A DNA stretch of 49,054 nucleotides from the NCBI GenBank assembly GCA_041170785.1, contig JBEDND010000023.1, positions 1 through 49,054 on the forward strand, given 5' to 3'. Under the pieces are notes generated by a model that was given only the letters and a program-made list of their open reading frames with translations, was not told the DNA's origin and ran no database searches. This stretch comes from Bacteroidota bacterium. Lineage in GTDB: Bacteria; Bacteroidota; Bacteroidia; NS11-12g; UBA955. Below, piece after piece: positions 46,151-49,054 of the stretch. The translations under genes were made by a program, and so were the position numbers. Within the stretch, counting starts at the first letter, position 1; each line of letters begins with the position of its first letter.

Positions 46151-49054
46151 ATGAAAAAAACCTTTACACAAGGCCTCTTGTGTCTGTTCGGCCTATTTGG
46201 TGCGACAGCTGCAAGCGCCCAGGACAACACATCCTCCTTTAGCGGAGTGGTGAAAGATGCAACCGGAAAACCCTATCCCGGCGCAGAAATTACCGCCACA
46301 CACACACCTACCGGCACCGTTTATCAGGCGGGCAGCCGCAGCGATGGCCGCTACAACATTCCGGCGGTAAAAATCGGTGGACCTTACATCGTTGAATGCA
46401 AAGACGCCAACGGAAAAACCATGGACAAGGTGGAAGACATCAACCTCAGTCTGGCTCAGATTTTTGTTCTGGACTTCACCGTTGGACAAATGGAAACCGT
46501 GACCATCAAGGCTGTGCGCAACCGTTTGCTCAACAACCAGAACACAGGTGCGGCAACTACCATTGACAAAGAGGCGCTTGCCACCCTGCCAACCATCAGC
46601 CGCAGCCTGAACGACTTCCTGCGTTTAACACCACAGGCGCGTTCTTCTTCTGTAGCAGCTACCGCCGGTTCCGGCATTTCGTTGGGTGGACAGGACAGCC
46701 GCTTCAACAACCTGACCATCGATGGTTCTATTTTCAACAACAGCTTCGGACTTGCATCTGCACCGGCCGGCCAAACCGCATCAACACCCATTTCATTGGA
46801 CGCATTGCAGGAAATCAGTGTTAACCTGGCTCCTTACGATGTGAAAAATGGTGGTTTTACCGGCGGTGGAATCAACGCTGTTACACGCAGTGGTACCAAC
46901 CAGGTAGAAGGTTCTGTATTCGTAAACACCCGAAATCAAAGCCTGAGCGGCAGCAAAGCTGCAGGTTCAGAAGTGGTGAAAACCGACTACAATGTAATGC
47001 AAACCGGCTTCCGTGTAGGCGGTGCCTTGGTGAAGAACAAGTTGTTCTACTTCTTCAACGCAGAAATGGAAAACCGCAACGATCCGGCAACCGCATTTTT
47101 GGCCAACCGCCCAGGATTGAGCGGACCAAACGTAACCCGTGTTCGTGCCTCTGCCCTTGACTCACTTTCAGATTTCCTGAAATCACGTTATGGTTATGAC
47201 CCCGGTGCTTATGAAGGATATTCTTTGAAAACTTCTAGCCTGAAATACCTTGCCAAATTCGACTGGAACATCAACCAGAAACACCGCGCAGTATTGCGTT
47301 ACAACCAACTTCGCTCTTCACGCGACGTGCTGATCAGCAACTCAGGTGCTGTGAACGGAAACCGCAGGGACAACCAAACAGCGCTCAATTTTGCCAACTC
47401 AAACTACGTCATCAACAACGACATCTACAGCGTGATTGGCGAATTGAACAGCACACTGAACCGCCGCACACACAACAACTTCATCATCGGCTTCACAGCC
47501 AACCGCGACTACCGCTCCAGCAATGGCGGCGTGTTCCCGTTGGTTGACATCCAGTTGGGCGGTACCACCATGACCTCTTTCGGTTATGAACCTTTCACCG
47601 CCAACAACATCCTGAACACCAACACCTTCCAGATTCAGGACAACTTAACCCATTATGTGGGTAAGCATACCATTACTGCCGGTATTGCCTATGAACGCTT
47701 TGCCTTTGAAAACACCTTTGCGCCAACCTACTACGGTCATTATACCTTCAACAGCCTTGAAGATTTTTACCGCAGTGCCAATGGCGACACCGGCGTAAAC
47801 GTGCGCCGTTATGCCCTCACCTACTCAGCACTTGAAGGTGGTGCACTTCCTACAGCCCGTCCGGTAGTAGCTCAAACTTCAGCCTACCTGCAAGATGCTT
47901 TCGCGGTGAACAACCGGTTGAAGGTTACCGCTGGCATCCGCTTTGACCTCCCGATGTACAACGATCCGGAAGTCACCAATCCACGTGCCGATACCATGAC
48001 CTTCCGCGATGAGAACTACAATCCTGTGAAATTCTCTACCGGCAAGCTTGCCAACCGCAACATCCTGTGGTCACCACGTGTTGGCTTTAACTGGAATGCC
48101 AAAGGAAACCGCGACATCCAGGTGCGCGGTGGTACCGGTTTGTTCTCAGGCCGTCCTGCCTTCGTTTGGATCAGCAATCAGTTGAGCAACAACGGTGTAC
48201 TTACCGGTTCCATGCGCTTCGACAATACCAAAGCGTATCAGTTTAGCCCCGACGTTACCCGTTATATTCCGTCAAACCCAACCACGCCTCCATCATACAA
48301 CCTGGCACTTACAGATCCTGATTTCAAGTTTCCTCAGGTTTGGAGAAGCGATCTCGGCGCCGACTTTAAGCTTCCCTTTGGCTTCGTAGGAACTACAGAA
48401 TTTATGTACACCCGTACGATCAACAACGTGGCGTACCTGAACGTAAACCAAGAGAAAGCTGCCGGCACCTTCAGTGGACCCGACAACCGTTTGTATTTCC
48501 CGGGCCGCGGTTTGAGCGGAAACGCACAAAACAACGCCATGCGTGTTCAGGACAACATCACCGATGCCATCCTGCTCACCAACACCAACAAAGGATACAA
48601 CTACAGCGTAACCTTCAAACTCGAAAAACCGTTCAGCAACAACTGGTCTGCGATGATGGCCTATAACTTCAGCGAAACCAAAGATGTTATTTCAGCCGGT
48701 TCCATCGCCTTCAGCAGCTGGCGCGACAACCGTGCCGTGAATGGCAACAACTTGCCCGACCTGGCATTCTCCAATGAAGATCAGCGTCACCGCATCATCG
48801 CCAGCGGAACCTACCGTTTGGTATATGGCAACAACGACAAGTTTTCTACCTTGTTCAGCGCCTTCCTGCAAACCGGCAACCAGGGTCGTTACTCCTACTT
48901 CTACAGCAACGACATGAATGGCGACCAGCTCACCAACAACGACCTGATCTATATCCCCAACAAAGCTGAAGACCTGAAATGGAAAGCCACCACCTCCGGA
49001 GGTGTTACCTACAGCGAAAGCGACCAGATTGCTGCATTCAACGCCTTGCTTGAA
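46151..49054 (+). CDS. TonB-dependent receptor with N-terminal carboxypeptidase-regulatory-like domain (3' end beyond the window)
   Basis: This ORF is not in the supplied track because it has no stop codon within the window. My translation from the ATG at 46151 is MKKTFTQGLLCLFGLFGATAASAQDNTSSFSGVVKDATGKPYPGAEITATHTPTGTVYQAGSRSDGRYNIP.. (CarboxypepD_reg), then plug-like TTIDKEALATLPTISRSLNDFLRLTPQA. The frame stays open for 968 codons with beta-barrel-like composition. Confidence 0.85.
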   Translation, partial: MKKTFTQGLLCLFGLFGATAASAQDNTSSFSGVVKDATGKPYPGAEITATHTPTGTVYQAGSRSDGRYNIPAVKIGGPYIVECKDANGKTMDKVEDINLSLAQIFVLDFTVGQMETVTIKAVRNRLLNNQNTGAATTIDKEALATLPTISRSLNDFLRLTPQARSSSVAATAGSGISLGGQDSRFNNLTIDGSIFNNSFGLASAPAGQTASTPISLDALQEISVNLAPYDVKNGGFTGGGINAVTRSGTNQVEGSVFVNTRNQSLSGSKAAGSEVVKTDYNVMQTGFRVGGALVKNKLFYFFNAEMENRNDPATAFLANRPGLSGPNVTRVRASALDSLSDFLKSRYGYDPGAYEGYSLKTSSLKYLAKFDWNINQKHRAVLRYNQLRSSRDVLISNSGAVNGNRRDNQTALNFANSNYVINNDIYSVIGELNSTLNRRTHNNFIIGFTANRDYRSSNGGVFPLVDIQLGGTTMTSFGYEPFTANNILNTNTFQIQDNLTHYVGKHTITAGIAYERFAFENTFAPTYYGHYTFNSLEDFYRSANGDTGVNVRRYALTYSALEGGALPTARPVVAQTSAYLQDAFAVNNRLKVTAGIRFDLPMYNDPEVTNPRADTMTFRDENYNPVKFSTGKLANRNILWSPRVGFNWNAKGNRDIQVRGGTGLFSGRPAFVWISNQLSNNGVLTGSMRFDNTKAYQFSPDVTRYIPSNPTTPPSYNLALTDPDFKFPQVWRSDLGADFKLPFGFVGTTEFMYTRTINNVAYLNVNQEKAAGTFSGPDNRLYFPGRGLSGNAQNNAMRVQDNITDAILLTNTNKGYNYSVTFKLEKPFSNNWSAMMAYNFSETKDVISAGSIAFSSWRDNRAVNGNNLPDLAFSNEDQRHRIIASGTYRLVYGNNDKFSTLFSAFLQTGNQGRYSYFYSNDMNGDQLTNNDLIYIPNKAEDLKWKATTSGGVTYSESDQIAAFNALLE

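Overview
This window reads as a gene-dense chromosomal core region of a Bacteroidota genome. The phylum call is an inference from a SusC/SusD pair, type A and type B T9SS C-terminal sorting domains, DUF1573 paralogs and TAnnTTTG-type -7 promoter boxes. About 38 CDS are supportable. Housekeeping genes are tilS, ndk, der, rsmA, the rplM-rpsI-rpsB-tsf-pyrH block and a 2-oxoacid dehydrogenase E2. Outer-membrane uptake genes are the SusC/SusD pair at the 5' end and a 3'-truncated TonB-dependent receptor at the 3' end. Secreted or envelope peptidases are two M16 and one M1. T9SS cargo comprises a 445-aa beta-helix protein and a 2426-aa PKD-rich giant. There are also several small lipoproteins and DUF proteins. 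I found no rRNA, tRNA, CRISPR array, transposase, integrase or recognisable phage-defence gene, and no long repeats. Several intrinsic terminators and two Bacteroidota-style promoters are visible. None of the observations below amounts to proof of a new system, and I could run no homology or structure searches. The best candidates for something under-described are: (1) a cluster of four DUF1573-type domains around rsmA, one of them fused to a secreted vWA/MIDAS protein with an (EP)n linker; (2) the giant type-B-CTD protein, whose first ~1500 aa I cannot assign and which has no adjacent PorP/SprF-like partner; (3) an AlbA_2-wHTH protein overlapping the stop of an M16 peptidase by 4 nt; and (4) a ~95-nt GC-rich multi-hairpin intergenic element.
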